64,000 nucleotides of DNA from a virus. Where the stretch lies: positions 422 to 64,421 of IMG/VR virus record IMGVR_UViG_3300028584_000287; one strand, 5' to 3'. Numbering within the stretch: the stretch's first letter is position 1; each line of letters starts with the position of its first letter. The notes under the pieces were generated by a model, which did no database searches, was not told the origin of the DNA, and saw nothing but the letters and a program-made list of their open reading frames with translations. Of the stretch, positions 45,459 to 54,533 are shown in pieces. The translations under genes were made by a program, and so were the position numbers.

Positions 45459-46556
45459 ATGTCTACTTTAACAGATGATTCATTATCAGTAGAAGTGTCT
45501 CCTGCTACAGCACGACAAATGTTTGTCCGTGTTATTGAAGCAGGACACGTACCGGTATTACACGGTGCTCCGATGACTTCTAAGTCGTCTATCGCTCGCT
45601 CTGTAGCGAATGAGTTCAATCTTGAAATTATTGACTGTCGATTAACGACAAAGGATACCGTAGATATCTCCGGTATGATCCAAGTTTCTGACAAAGAAAA
45701 AGATGCTAAAGGTAATGTTAAGCCTCAACAAGCTTATTACGTTGCCTTCGACTTCCTGCCTATTGAAGGTATGCCATTACCTAAAGGCAAAGATGGTTGG
45801 CTGTTATGGTTAGATGAGATCTTCTCAATCAATCCATCAATGGAAGTAGCTGCTTATCAGCTTATTCTTGACCACATGGCTGGTATGTATAACTTGCATG
45901 ACAAGTGCTACATAGCTGCTGCTGGTAACGACCCTAAACATGGTGCTGTATCCCGTGTTCAAGGTACTGCTGCTAAGACACGTATGGTACACATCTTCGT
46001 AAAACAAGATGTAAACGGTTGGATTAATAACTGGGCTTATGCCAATAAAGTTAATCCACTGATTATCGGTTTTGTTCGTGAGTATCCACAACATTTAACT
46101 GATTTTGAGCCTAAAGCAGGTGCAATTACTTACTGTGGTTCACGTACTCTGGAAATGCTCAATGACCTGTATCCTACAGGTACTCCGGTTACATACGATG
46201 AGCTTCCGCTAATTGCAGGAACCATCGGATTAACTGCTGCCAACGACTTCCTTACTTTTGTGAATGTATATTCTCAACTGGAAGACTTCGATTCATTGAT
46301 GGCTAACCCTGCCAAAGACCGTAGCAATTTAAACGCTATCCATCAGTTCATGCTAGTAGATAGACTAATTGCAGGTGTTACAACAGTTCAGCAATTAGAC
46401 TCGTCTATTCGCATTACAGAAGCCTTTGGCCCAGAATATCCGGTGCTTTTACTCCGTGGTGTAATGGAAGCCAAACAGCTGCAAATGTCCAGTGTCAAGG
46501 CACACCCAAGAGTTCGGGAATTGGTTAACGACTACAAAAAGTATTTTCAGGTGTAA
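45459..46556 (+). CDS. MoxR-like AAA+ ATPase (N4 gp24-like)
   Basis: GAPMTSKS Walker A variant, LWLDE, AYQLILD, AAGN motifs. Confidence 0.85.
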   Translation: MSTLTDDSLSVEVSPATARQMFVRVIEAGHVPVLHGAPMTSKSSIARSVANEFNLEIIDCRLTTKDTVDISGMIQVSDKEKDAKGNVKPQQAYYVAFDFLPIEGMPLPKGKDGWLLWLDEIFSINPSMEVAAYQLILDHMAGMYNLHDKCYIAAAGNDPKHGAVSRVQGTAAKTRMVHIFVKQDVNGWINNWAYANKVNPLIIGFVREYPQHLTDFEPKAGAITYCGSRTLEMLNDLYPTGTPVTYDELPLIAGTIGLTAANDFLTFVNVYSQLEDFDSLMANPAKDRSNLNAIHQFMLVDRLIAGVTTVQQLDSSIRITEAFGPEYPVLLLRGVMEAKQLQMSSVKAHPRVRELVNDYKKYFQV

Positions 46557-46558
46557 AA

Positions 46559-47722
46559 ATGAGCGTCAATCAGACAACAGAGAATTTAGTAACACAAACT
46601 CGATTAACCTTAATCCGTGATCCAAAAGTATCTTGGCTAATGTCGTTGCTGCTTGGAAGTGTTACCAAAGTAGCTGATGTAACTGACTGCGGCCAAAGAA
46701 ACCCTACGTTGTGCGTTACCTCGAAAACCTTCTATATCAATGGAGAGTACTTCACAGGGCTTGCCCCCTTAGTAAGATGCTCTGCATTGCTACATGAAGC
46801 ACTTCACTTAGCTCTTAAGCATGTGGTCCGGTATGTAGATTTTCCTGACCATAAACGCTTTAACTATGCTTGTGATTACATCGTAAACCCTATGATTCAA
46901 AGCCTAGGGTATCCGTTACATCCGACATGGTTATACGAAGAAAAGTACCTAAATAAAACTTTAAAGTTTATTTATGACGATCTAGAAGAGTCCGGTGAAG
47001 ATGAAGGTGATGATGATTCAGGTGGAGGGCTTGGGCAGTGTATGTTCGAGCCTACCCCAATTGATGATATCCCAGATATTGTTGGCCGTGTCCACACAGC
47101 AATGGAGATACTGAAAGGTAACCCAACTGCTATGGGTGCGGTAAGCAAGGTACTTGATTACGTCCAACAAGCTGCTAACCCACCTTTACCATTCAAGACT
47201 GCTTTGTCAGATTACTTGAATATGTTAAGTATGGATGAACGTACATGGAGATACCCTAATCGACGTATGTTCGCTGCAGGTATCCTAAACAAAGGTTATG
47301 GTTATGGATCTCTACGTTCCGCAATCGTAATCTTTGATGGCTCCGCATCCATGAACGATAAGCTAAGAGCTTTAGCTATTGAACAGATTGAGTACATGCG
47401 GGATGCACTGAAGATACAGGAACTTACAGTTATTGTATTCAGTGACGAAGTGAACCAAGTAATTACCATTTATGAAGGTACTCCTATCACTAATGAAGAT
47501 CTGTACGGTGGAGGTGGAACCAACATGCAAGCTCCATTCGATAAAATCGAAGAGCTTCAGCTAACCCCTGAAATTGCTATGGTATTCACTGATATGGAAT
47601 GGACCCTTCCCCCTAAGCCTAATTATGATGTGCTTTGGGTAGGTATCCATACCAATCCTTACTGGTTACAAAGACACACAAACGATCCGTTATTCTACGG
47701 TAAATATCTGGAGTTAATCTAA
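46559..47722 (+). CDS. Metallopeptidase-VWA protein (N4 gp25-like)
   Basis: LLHEALH HEXXH, FNYACDYIVN, DGSASM MIDAS, GGGGTN. Confidence 0.88.
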   Translation: MSVNQTTENLVTQTRLTLIRDPKVSWLMSLLLGSVTKVADVTDCGQRNPTLCVTSKTFYINGEYFTGLAPLVRCSALLHEALHLALKHVVRYVDFPDHKRFNYACDYIVNPMIQSLGYPLHPTWLYEEKYLNKTLKFIYDDLEESGEDEGDDDSGGGLGQCMFEPTPIDDIPDIVGRVHTAMEILKGNPTAMGAVSKVLDYVQQAANPPLPFKTALSDYLNMLSMDERTWRYPNRRMFAAGILNKGYGYGSLRSAIVIFDGSASMNDKLRALAIEQIEYMRDALKIQELTVIVFSDEVNQVITIYEGTPITNEDLYGGGGTNMQAPFDKIEELQLTPEIAMVFTDMEWTLPPKPNYDVLWVGIHTNPYWLQRHTNDPLFYGKYLELI

Positions 47723-49083
47723 TGTCTAAGCCCTTCAGTCTGACCTTGAATGAAGGGCAGCAAGCTGGTTTAAATCTTCTAGAAAATTGGTTATCTGATC
47801 CACATGCCCCAAAAGTATTTCGCTTACGGGGCAGAGCAGGTACAGGTAAATCCGCTTTAATCGGTGCATTTTACGATTCAGTAAAAACACTGAACCAAGT
47901 GTTAAACACTTTCAGCCTACCTCCGGTAGAGCTATTCATTACTGCAACTACTAACCAAGCTGCGGAAGAGTTAAACAAGAAAGTCACCGAACCAAAGGTA
48001 ACTACTATTTACACTTTACTAGGCCTTACCATCAGAGAAAGTGAAGGTGAGTCTGAACTAAGCCGTCGTAAGAATACCGATATCATTGATGCAATTAGAG
48101 ATAAGACAGCTTTCAATGAGGCTACCCCGGTTGTAATCATTGATGAAGCTTCTTATGTAAGCCCAGATCTCGCAATATATATTGATATTGCTATGAACAG
48201 ATTACCTGATTTACGTGTAATCTTTGTTTATGATGATAAACAGATATTACCTGTTAACTACGATAGCTGTTACGTAGATGAAATATGTGATGAGTCTAAC
48301 TCTGTATTACATGAGTTGACCCAGAACGAAAGATTCTTATCACATGGAGATTCTGCAATTGCTAAAGCAGCAGACTCTTTGTGTAAAGTTATTGGCAATG
48401 ATGATCTCGAAATTGAAGAGATGGTAGAAGGACCAGACTTACAGTTTATCACTAAGCAACAAGCCTTGGAATTATCTCTTTGTCATCTTAGAGGCCACGA
48501 GTATATGTGGAATCTAGATCACTTCGTTTACTTGGCACATACCAATAACAATGTACAAGACTCCAATGATTGCTTGTATAGAGAAATCCATGGTAACAAG
48601 AACTACCTTGAAGTTAATGGTATCCACTTAACAGTAAACAGTCTGGTTAAGAACTCTGTACAGACTAACTTAGTCAACTTACGTAACAATCAAAAGGTTA
48701 CGTTACTTAGTGCTACGCATGAAGGCCCAAGCTGTGTTACCACATACGATGTAGCTCTTAGAGAAGTCTATCTTCGTAGACAGTTTGATGACCAAGATAC
48801 CTGTGCATTTGTTCCAGTAGATTGGAGCCAATACCGTAAAGAAATGAAGGATGCAGCTGACGAGAGAGATTGGAAGAAATTCTATTTTCTCAAAGACTGT
48901 GTGGCAGATCTTCGGTTATCCTACTGCTCCACTGTGTACAAAGCACAGGGAAGGTCGTGTAACTATGTAGTAGTTGACGTAGATGACATCCTGCAAAAAT
49001 CCGCTTCATTGGATCAAGCAAAGCGTCTGATATACGTCGCTATCACAAGAGCACGTAAGAAAGTTTACCTAATGATGGATTAA
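47722..49083 (+). CDS. SF1B DNA helicase (RecD/Dda-like)
   Basis: GRAGTGKS, IIDEAS, TVYKAQG, YVAITRA. Confidence 0.92.
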   Translation: MSKPFSLTLNEGQQAGLNLLENWLSDPHAPKVFRLRGRAGTGKSALIGAFYDSVKTLNQVLNTFSLPPVELFITATTNQAAEELNKKVTEPKVTTIYTLLGLTIRESEGESELSRRKNTDIIDAIRDKTAFNEATPVVIIDEASYVSPDLAIYIDIAMNRLPDLRVIFVYDDKQILPVNYDSCYVDEICDESNSVLHELTQNERFLSHGDSAIAKAADSLCKVIGNDDLEIEEMVEGPDLQFITKQQALELSLCHLRGHEYMWNLDHFVYLAHTNNNVQDSNDCLYREIHGNKNYLEVNGIHLTVNSLVKNSVQTNLVNLRNNQKVTLLSATHEGPSCVTTYDVALREVYLRRQFDDQDTCAFVPVDWSQYRKEMKDAADERDWKKFYFLKDCVADLRLSYCSTVYKAQGRSCNYVVVDVDDILQKSASLDQAKRLIYVAITRARKKVYLMMD

Positions 49084-49087
49084 CCCC

Positions 49088-49618
49088 ATGAACATAAAAG
49101 AACTATCCAAAGCCTCCAAGCAGTACTTGGTTGCAGAGATAGAGCAGCATCTATACCCTGTTCTATTCCCTGAACTCCTTCAAGACGTTAAGGCCGCTAC
49201 CGGATTGAATGCTGAAGCTACTCTAGGCTTCGCCCAAGAAATTGGCACAGTAGTCGCAGGAGTGCGTTACCATCCTGTTTTAATCAAGCCACTTGACCCA
49301 ACCAAAGGGACTTACCTTCCTTTGCATAAAACCCAGATGTCTATGTTCGGGGAGTTCCTTACCAAGCACCGTGATACCATTGCAGCGTTCTCTACGGTAC
49401 GTAATATGCTGCTTAAGGCTACCACAGTGGCACGATCTTACGGTGACCTGTGTAGACTGACGACTATACCTATGGATACTCTCAGGGACCGCACAGATTT
49501 GCAGTACACGTTGAGCCTTTCAGAGATAGGGGAATTCCAGTCAGACCATAAGAAGGCCATTGATTCGGTAGCTTACTACACTACCTACTCACATCTGTTT
49601 GGTGATATCCAAGAATAG
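49088..49618 (+). CDS. N4 gp38-position protein
   Basis: 176 aa between helicase and polymerase; synteny only. Confidence 0.55.
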   Translation: MNIKELSKASKQYLVAEIEQHLYPVLFPELLQDVKAATGLNAEATLGFAQEIGTVVAGVRYHPVLIKPLDPTKGTYLPLHKTQMSMFGEFLTKHRDTIAAFSTVRNMLLKATTVARSYGDLCRLTTIPMDTLRDRTDLQYTLSLSEIGEFQSDHKKAIDSVAYYTTYSHLFGDIQE

Positions 49619-49626
49619 GAGTACCT

Positions 49627-52236
49627 ATGGAAATCCTTTCTTTAACTGACAGTACCACCCCCAAGTCAAGTGCAATCCTGATTAAGGAAAGCACTTGTAA
49701 ACCTAGTTCAGTCTATACCGGATACCACAATTACTTTGGTGACAAAGAAGTAATGGACTCGGTTGCTTTAGCACCACTGTACTATGCACCGAATAACAAG
49801 GTAACCGCTGCTGATGCAAGGCAATACATATTGGAACTGCTTTCCCATCTAGCCGTCCAAAATATCATGTTGCTTTATGTAGCTGATTCTACCTACTTCA
49901 AGGTGCTTACTGGTAAATCCAAAAGCGATCCTTGGAGAGGTTACGTGTTACCTTGTACCCTCAAGGGATTCGAAAATTTCAAAGTAGTGCTTGGGTACAA
50001 CTACAACGTACTGTTCCACAACCCAAACTATGAGCCGTACATTCTGACCTCTATTGATGCTTTTGTAGCGGCAATGACAAGTCAAGAGTTGGCCTATACC
50101 AAGTTTAAGTACAAAGAGCATCAGTTCGTTGACGTACACAAAAGTACATTTAAGTACCAAAATTGGATGGATTTTTTATTATCCAAGCCAACGATTGCGC
50201 TAGATATAGAAGCATTCTCGCTTAAGTTCTACGATGCAGGTATTGCTACTGTAACGTTTGCTTGGTCAGAGACTGAAGCCATTACGATGAACGTAGATCT
50301 TACGTACAACAAGGTGTATAAACACCCTGCTATATCCCGTAATGAGATAGCTTTCGAATTCTTAAGGGAGTTTCTGTACTCGTACAAAGGTAAGCTGTTA
50401 TTTCATAACGCATCTTACGACGTTAAGGTATTGATATTCGAAATCTTCATGAACAGAGACTTCTTTGATTATGAAGGTATGCGATTAGGTATCGAAACCC
50501 TATGTCGTGACTTTGAAGACACTAAGCTTATAGAGTACTGTGTAAGTAATAACGCAGTCTCAAACAAGCTGTCATTAAAGGAATCTGCCCATGCCTATGT
50601 AGGCAACTATGCTCAAGAAGAAATCAATGACGTTACCCAAATTCCTTTAGGAGATCTGCTTACCTACAACGGTACAGATGGTGTAGCTACATTCTGGGTA
50701 TGGAAAAACAAATATCCATTAATGGTAAAAGATGACCAAGAGGGTGTGTATAACACCATTCTTAAACCATCGGTTAAGCTGTTCCTTCAAGCAGAGCTTG
50801 TTGGCATACCTTTGGACATGGATCGTGTTGACGAGGTTATAGCCCTCTGTGAAGCGGATAAAGCTGCTGCAGTAAACAAGGTTCTCAACAGTCCATTGAT
50901 GGCTGATTATAAGGAACTCAAGGCTACTCACGAGTTTGACAACCAGCATATTCGCTGGAAGAAGAAACGTGAAACCATGCAGTTCTTCCGTGATGAGTTT
51001 GAGTTCAACCCTAACTCCAATGACCAAGTAGCGGATTTCCTTTACGAGTACATTGGGTTTGAGGCTATCGAGTTCACTGATACCGGTAAACCATCGACCA
51101 GTAAAGATGCACTGGCCCCACTTAAATTCCAGACAGACGACAAGGATATGCTTGAAATTCTTGAAGGCTTGGCAGAGTTATCTGAGGTAAATATTATCCT
51201 CACTAACTTCCTGAGTAGCTTCAAGGAAAAGAGTATTCTCAAGTCTGACGGAGTATGGTGGCTCCATGGATCACACAATATCGGTGGGACCAAATCAGGG
51301 CGCTTAAGTAGTAGTGACCCTAACCTTCAGAACATGCCTGTTCGTGGTAAGTACGGTAAGCTTGTAAAGAGCTGTGTAGTTGCCCCTAAAGGCTGGTTAT
51401 TAATCGGTGCTGACTTTGCTTCACTAGAGGATCGTATTGATGCTTTGCTTACCAAAGATACCAACAAAATTAAAGTTTATACTGATGGTTTCGATGGACA
51501 TAGTTTACGCGCTGCTTATTATTATTCTGACCAATTACCACAGATAGATCCTAACTGTGTTACCTCGGTCAATAGTATTAAAGAAGTTGCCAATGAATTA
51601 CGTGATGCCAGCAAGCCAATCACATTCGCTCTAACGTACTTAGGTACGTGGACAACTATCCATAGAAACTGCGGTATTCCAAAAGAGAAAGCCAAGGAAA
51701 TCGTATTCCGATACCATGAGCTTTACAAGGAATCTGACGAGTACAAAGATGCCCGTTTACTGCAGGCTTCTAAAGATGGCTATGCCACGTTAGCATTCGG
51801 TTTGCGTATACGCTGTAAGGTATTGGCTAGTTCCATTTTTGGAAGTAAGCGAATGACTTCAGCTGCACAAGCTGAAATGCGAACCATCGGTAATGCTTTC
51901 GGGCAATCATACGGTATGTTGAATAACCGTGCTGGTATTGCTTTCCAGAGAACAGTGTTTAAACACCCTGTCTATTGGGATAAAATACTACCAATCATGC
52001 ACATCCATGATGCACAGTACTTCTTAATTATTGATGACCTTAAAGTACTTCACTTCTGTAACGAGCACATTCCGAAAGAAATGTCTTGGCAAGAACTACC
52101 TGAAATCCAGCATGACTTGGTTAAATTAGGTGGTGAAGTTGACGTATTCATACCATCTTGGGAAGAGAAAGTCACAATACCTAATGGTGCAACCCTTCAA
52201 CAAATTAAAGAAATTGGAGATTCGATTGATGTATAA
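49627..52236 (+). CDS. Family A DNA polymerase with 3'-5' exonuclease
   Basis: ALDIEAF, FHNASYD, GRLSSSDPNLQN, GADFASLEDR, SKPITFALTY, IHDAQY. Confidence 0.96.
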   Translation: MEILSLTDSTTPKSSAILIKESTCKPSSVYTGYHNYFGDKEVMDSVALAPLYYAPNNKVTAADARQYILELLSHLAVQNIMLLYVADSTYFKVLTGKSKSDPWRGYVLPCTLKGFENFKVVLGYNYNVLFHNPNYEPYILTSIDAFVAAMTSQELAYTKFKYKEHQFVDVHKSTFKYQNWMDFLLSKPTIALDIEAFSLKFYDAGIATVTFAWSETEAITMNVDLTYNKVYKHPAISRNEIAFEFLREFLYSYKGKLLFHNASYDVKVLIFEIFMNRDFFDYEGMRLGIETLCRDFEDTKLIEYCVSNNAVSNKLSLKESAHAYVGNYAQEEINDVTQIPLGDLLTYNGTDGVATFWVWKNKYPLMVKDDQEGVYNTILKPSVKLFLQAELVGIPLDMDRVDEVIALCEADKAAAVNKVLNSPLMADYKELKATHEFDNQHIRWKKKRETMQFFRDEFEFNPNSNDQVADFLYEYIGFEAIEFTDTGKPSTSKDALAPLKFQTDDKDMLEILEGLAELSEVNIILTNFLSSFKEKSILKSDGVWWLHGSHNIGGTKSGRLSSSDPNLQNMPVRGKYGKLVKSCVVAPKGWLLIGADFASLEDRIDALLTKDTNKIKVYTDGFDGHSLRAAYYYSDQLPQIDPNCVTSVNSIKEVANELRDASKPITFALTYLGTWTTIHRNCGIPKEKAKEIVFRYHELYKESDEYKDARLLQASKDGYATLAFGLRIRCKVLASSIFGSKRMTSAAQAEMRTIGNAFGQSYGMLNNRAGIAFQRTVFKHPVYWDKILPIMHIHDAQYFLIIDDLKVLHFCNEHIPKEMSWQELPEIQHDLVKLGGEVDVFIPSWEEKVTIPNGATLQQIKEIGDSIDV

Positions 52237-53188
52237 CGCATCTATGGTTCAAGCCTCAACTTATCGAGGCCAAAGTATCTTTACCTTAGATATCACGTTT
52301 CCCCGTGCTGCTTTAGCTGAGTTCCTGACACATCGGGTATTCTCTAAAAACACTGCGAGTACTCGTGCTATCCCAGTTAAAGATCACATTAAGCATATCC
52401 GTGAAAACTTCTACACCCCTCAGTGGACGAAGAATCAATCTGGTATGCAAGGTGGTGAATTGACCGGTGAGTACGTACAAAATGCTACCGATACCTTAAT
52501 GGTTATGTTTGACCAAGTGGTCGATGCCGTTGAGTATCTTGCAGGTGATCAAGAGTTGGGTAACTGCGGTGTCCATAAACAAGACGCTGGGCGCTATTTA
52601 GAGCCATTCAGTTACATTACCCTACGCTTCACTACGACCCAGTGGAAAAACTTCGTATGGCTTCGTGTAGACGATGCAGCATACCCTCCGATGCAACGTA
52701 TCGCTGGTTTGATTCATGAAGCAATCCTGAAAGCAGATCCAATGGAACTGAAGGCAGGTGAGTACCATGTACCTTCAATCCGTCGTGTACGTGATCCGGT
52801 ATCCGGTAAGCTTCATTACTTTTCGCCAGAAGGTGACGAGCTAACACTGGAAGAAGCTATTGCTTTGTCTATGAGCCTTTGTGCTCAACAGTCATTCCGC
52901 AAAGCTGACCCAAGCGAAAAGAAAACCAAGACTGTGTTGGGCAAGCTGTTCAACGGTAATAAGGTTCACGCCTCACCATCTGAACACCAAGCCACACCTA
53001 TTGATACAACCATAAACCGTGTCGGTTTTGTCCGTGAAGACGGTAAAAATCTACCGTATGTAGATACTTCTGCTTGGCCATTGGGCGTTACCCACATGGA
53101 CAGACAGGGTGCTTTATGGTCTGCCAACTACAAAGGTTGGATTCAACATCGTCAACTGTTACCGAACCATGATGCAGAACTGATGTAG
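52229..53188 (+). CDS. thyX: FAD-dependent thymidylate synthase
   Basis: AEFLTHRVFSKNTASTRAIP, HKQDAGRYLEPF, HASPSEHQA motifs. Confidence 0.9.
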   Translation: MYNASMVQASTYRGQSIFTLDITFPRAALAEFLTHRVFSKNTASTRAIPVKDHIKHIRENFYTPQWTKNQSGMQGGELTGEYVQNATDTLMVMFDQVVDAVEYLAGDQELGNCGVHKQDAGRYLEPFSYITLRFTTTQWKNFVWLRVDDAAYPPMQRIAGLIHEAILKADPMELKAGEYHVPSIRRVRDPVSGKLHYFSPEGDELTLEEAIALSMSLCAQQSFRKADPSEKKTKTVLGKLFNGNKVHASPSEHQATPIDTTINRVGFVREDGKNLPYVDTSAWPLGVTHMDRQGALWSANYKGWIQHRQLLPNHDAELM

Positions 53189-53201
53189 CAAGCTCCGCTT
53201 G
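53189..53201 (+). promoter_or_regulatory. N4 P2-like hairpin in the replication module
   Basis: CAAGC-TCC-GCTTG directly after the thyX stop. Confidence 0.5.
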
Positions 53202-53232
53202 TAGTATTGGTCGATCAACCAAAGGAAACTTT

Positions 53233-54204
53233 ATGAAATTTACTAATACTACAGGCATCCCTCCTTTATTGGCGGGATGGTTATCTATTGATGAGTATGA
53301 TTACTCAAAAGAAGATAAGACCATTAGTACAACTACTCTGATGAAGCCAATTCGTCAGATGATACTGTCTAAGCGTTACAAAGCATTACCGTCAGCACAG
53401 ATAGACGTATCTACTTTAGTAGCATCTTCTGTAGGTACTGCTGTACACGATTCAATTGAAAGGATTTGGAAATCTCATTTACCTCAAATTCTTTTAAACC
53501 TCAACATACCCAATGCACTGCATTCTAAGTATGTAATAAATCCTACTGAGCTTAAGAAAGGTGACAGACCTGTCTACCTTGAGAATCGTAGAGCACGTAA
53601 AGTAGGTGAGTGGACTGTATCAGGTAAATATGATGCTGTCCTAGATGGTCAATTAAATGACTTTAAGTTTACTAAAACTTACAGTTACATGTCTGAGTCT
53701 AAAGGCGAAGACTACGCTATTCAAGGTAGTGTATACCGCTGGTTAAATCCTGACATCGTTACTAACGATTACATCAAGATTAACTTTATTTTCGGTGACT
53801 TCGATAAGAAAGAAACTTATCGTACTGGTTATCCACCAGCTCCTGCTGCTTATAAAGAATATCAACTGTACGAGTCAGATGATACCGAACAATGGATCTC
53901 TGAACGTATCACTGAAATCAATCGCTGCATGGATCTACCTGAAGCAGATCTACCGGAGTGTACTCCTGAAGAATTGTGGATGGCTCCTTCGACATTCAAG
54001 TACTACAAAAATCCTGAGAACCGTAAACGTAGTACAGGCAATTTCGATACATTCGATGAAGCTCTGTCACGTAAGGTTGCTGATGGTAACGTAGGTGTTG
54101 TCGTAGAAATCCAAGGTGAACCTAAAGCATGTGTGCATTGCGAAGGTGCTGCTCTGTGTAAACAGAAAGACAAGTACATTGCCCAAGGCATTCTGAAATT
54201 GTAA
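53233..54204 (+). CDS. PD-(D/E)XK nuclease (N4 gp42-like)
   Basis: GTAVHDSIE, VSGKYD..LDGQLNDFK, YAIQGSVYRWL, C-terminal CxxC...C. Confidence 0.85.
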   Translation: MKFTNTTGIPPLLAGWLSIDEYDYSKEDKTISTTTLMKPIRQMILSKRYKALPSAQIDVSTLVASSVGTAVHDSIERIWKSHLPQILLNLNIPNALHSKYVINPTELKKGDRPVYLENRRARKVGEWTVSGKYDAVLDGQLNDFKFTKTYSYMSESKGEDYAIQGSVYRWLNPDIVTNDYIKINFIFGDFDKKETYRTGYPPAPAAYKEYQLYESDDTEQWISERITEINRCMDLPEADLPECTPEELWMAPSTFKYYKNPENRKRSTGNFDTFDEALSRKVADGNVGVVVEIQGEPKACVHCEGAALCKQKDKYIAQGILKL

Positions 54205-54212
54205 GGACCAAG

Positions 54213-54533
54213 ATGAAAAAATTTAATTTGCGTGATCGTTTGGCTGCATCTGGTAAGCTACACGCCCCTGAAAAACCTATCAAGTCTAAAGCTCGTTCAA
54301 AAGCTAAGGACGAAGACGGTGATGGGGATACTACTGTGCTTTCAGATGAGCAGCGTGATCATGTTAAGTCACGTTATTTGGAAGTACATGAGGCCAACCA
54401 GTTGTTGACACCTGACCACGCAGATTATGTTACCCAAGACATGCTGCGTGACGAGTTCAACGCAGAGTTTGGTGTATCAAAGTCCATTCGATCTTACTAC
54501 AGGATTTGGAGCGAAAATGATTCCGATTATTGA
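54213..54533 (+). CDS. Hypothetical protein
   Basis: AGGA RBS; 106 aa. Confidence 0.6.
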   Translation: MKKFNLRDRLAASGKLHAPEKPIKSKARSKAKDEDGDGDTTVLSDEQRDHVKSRYLEVHEANQLLTPDHADYVTQDMLRDEFNAEFGVSKSIRSYYRIWSENDSDY

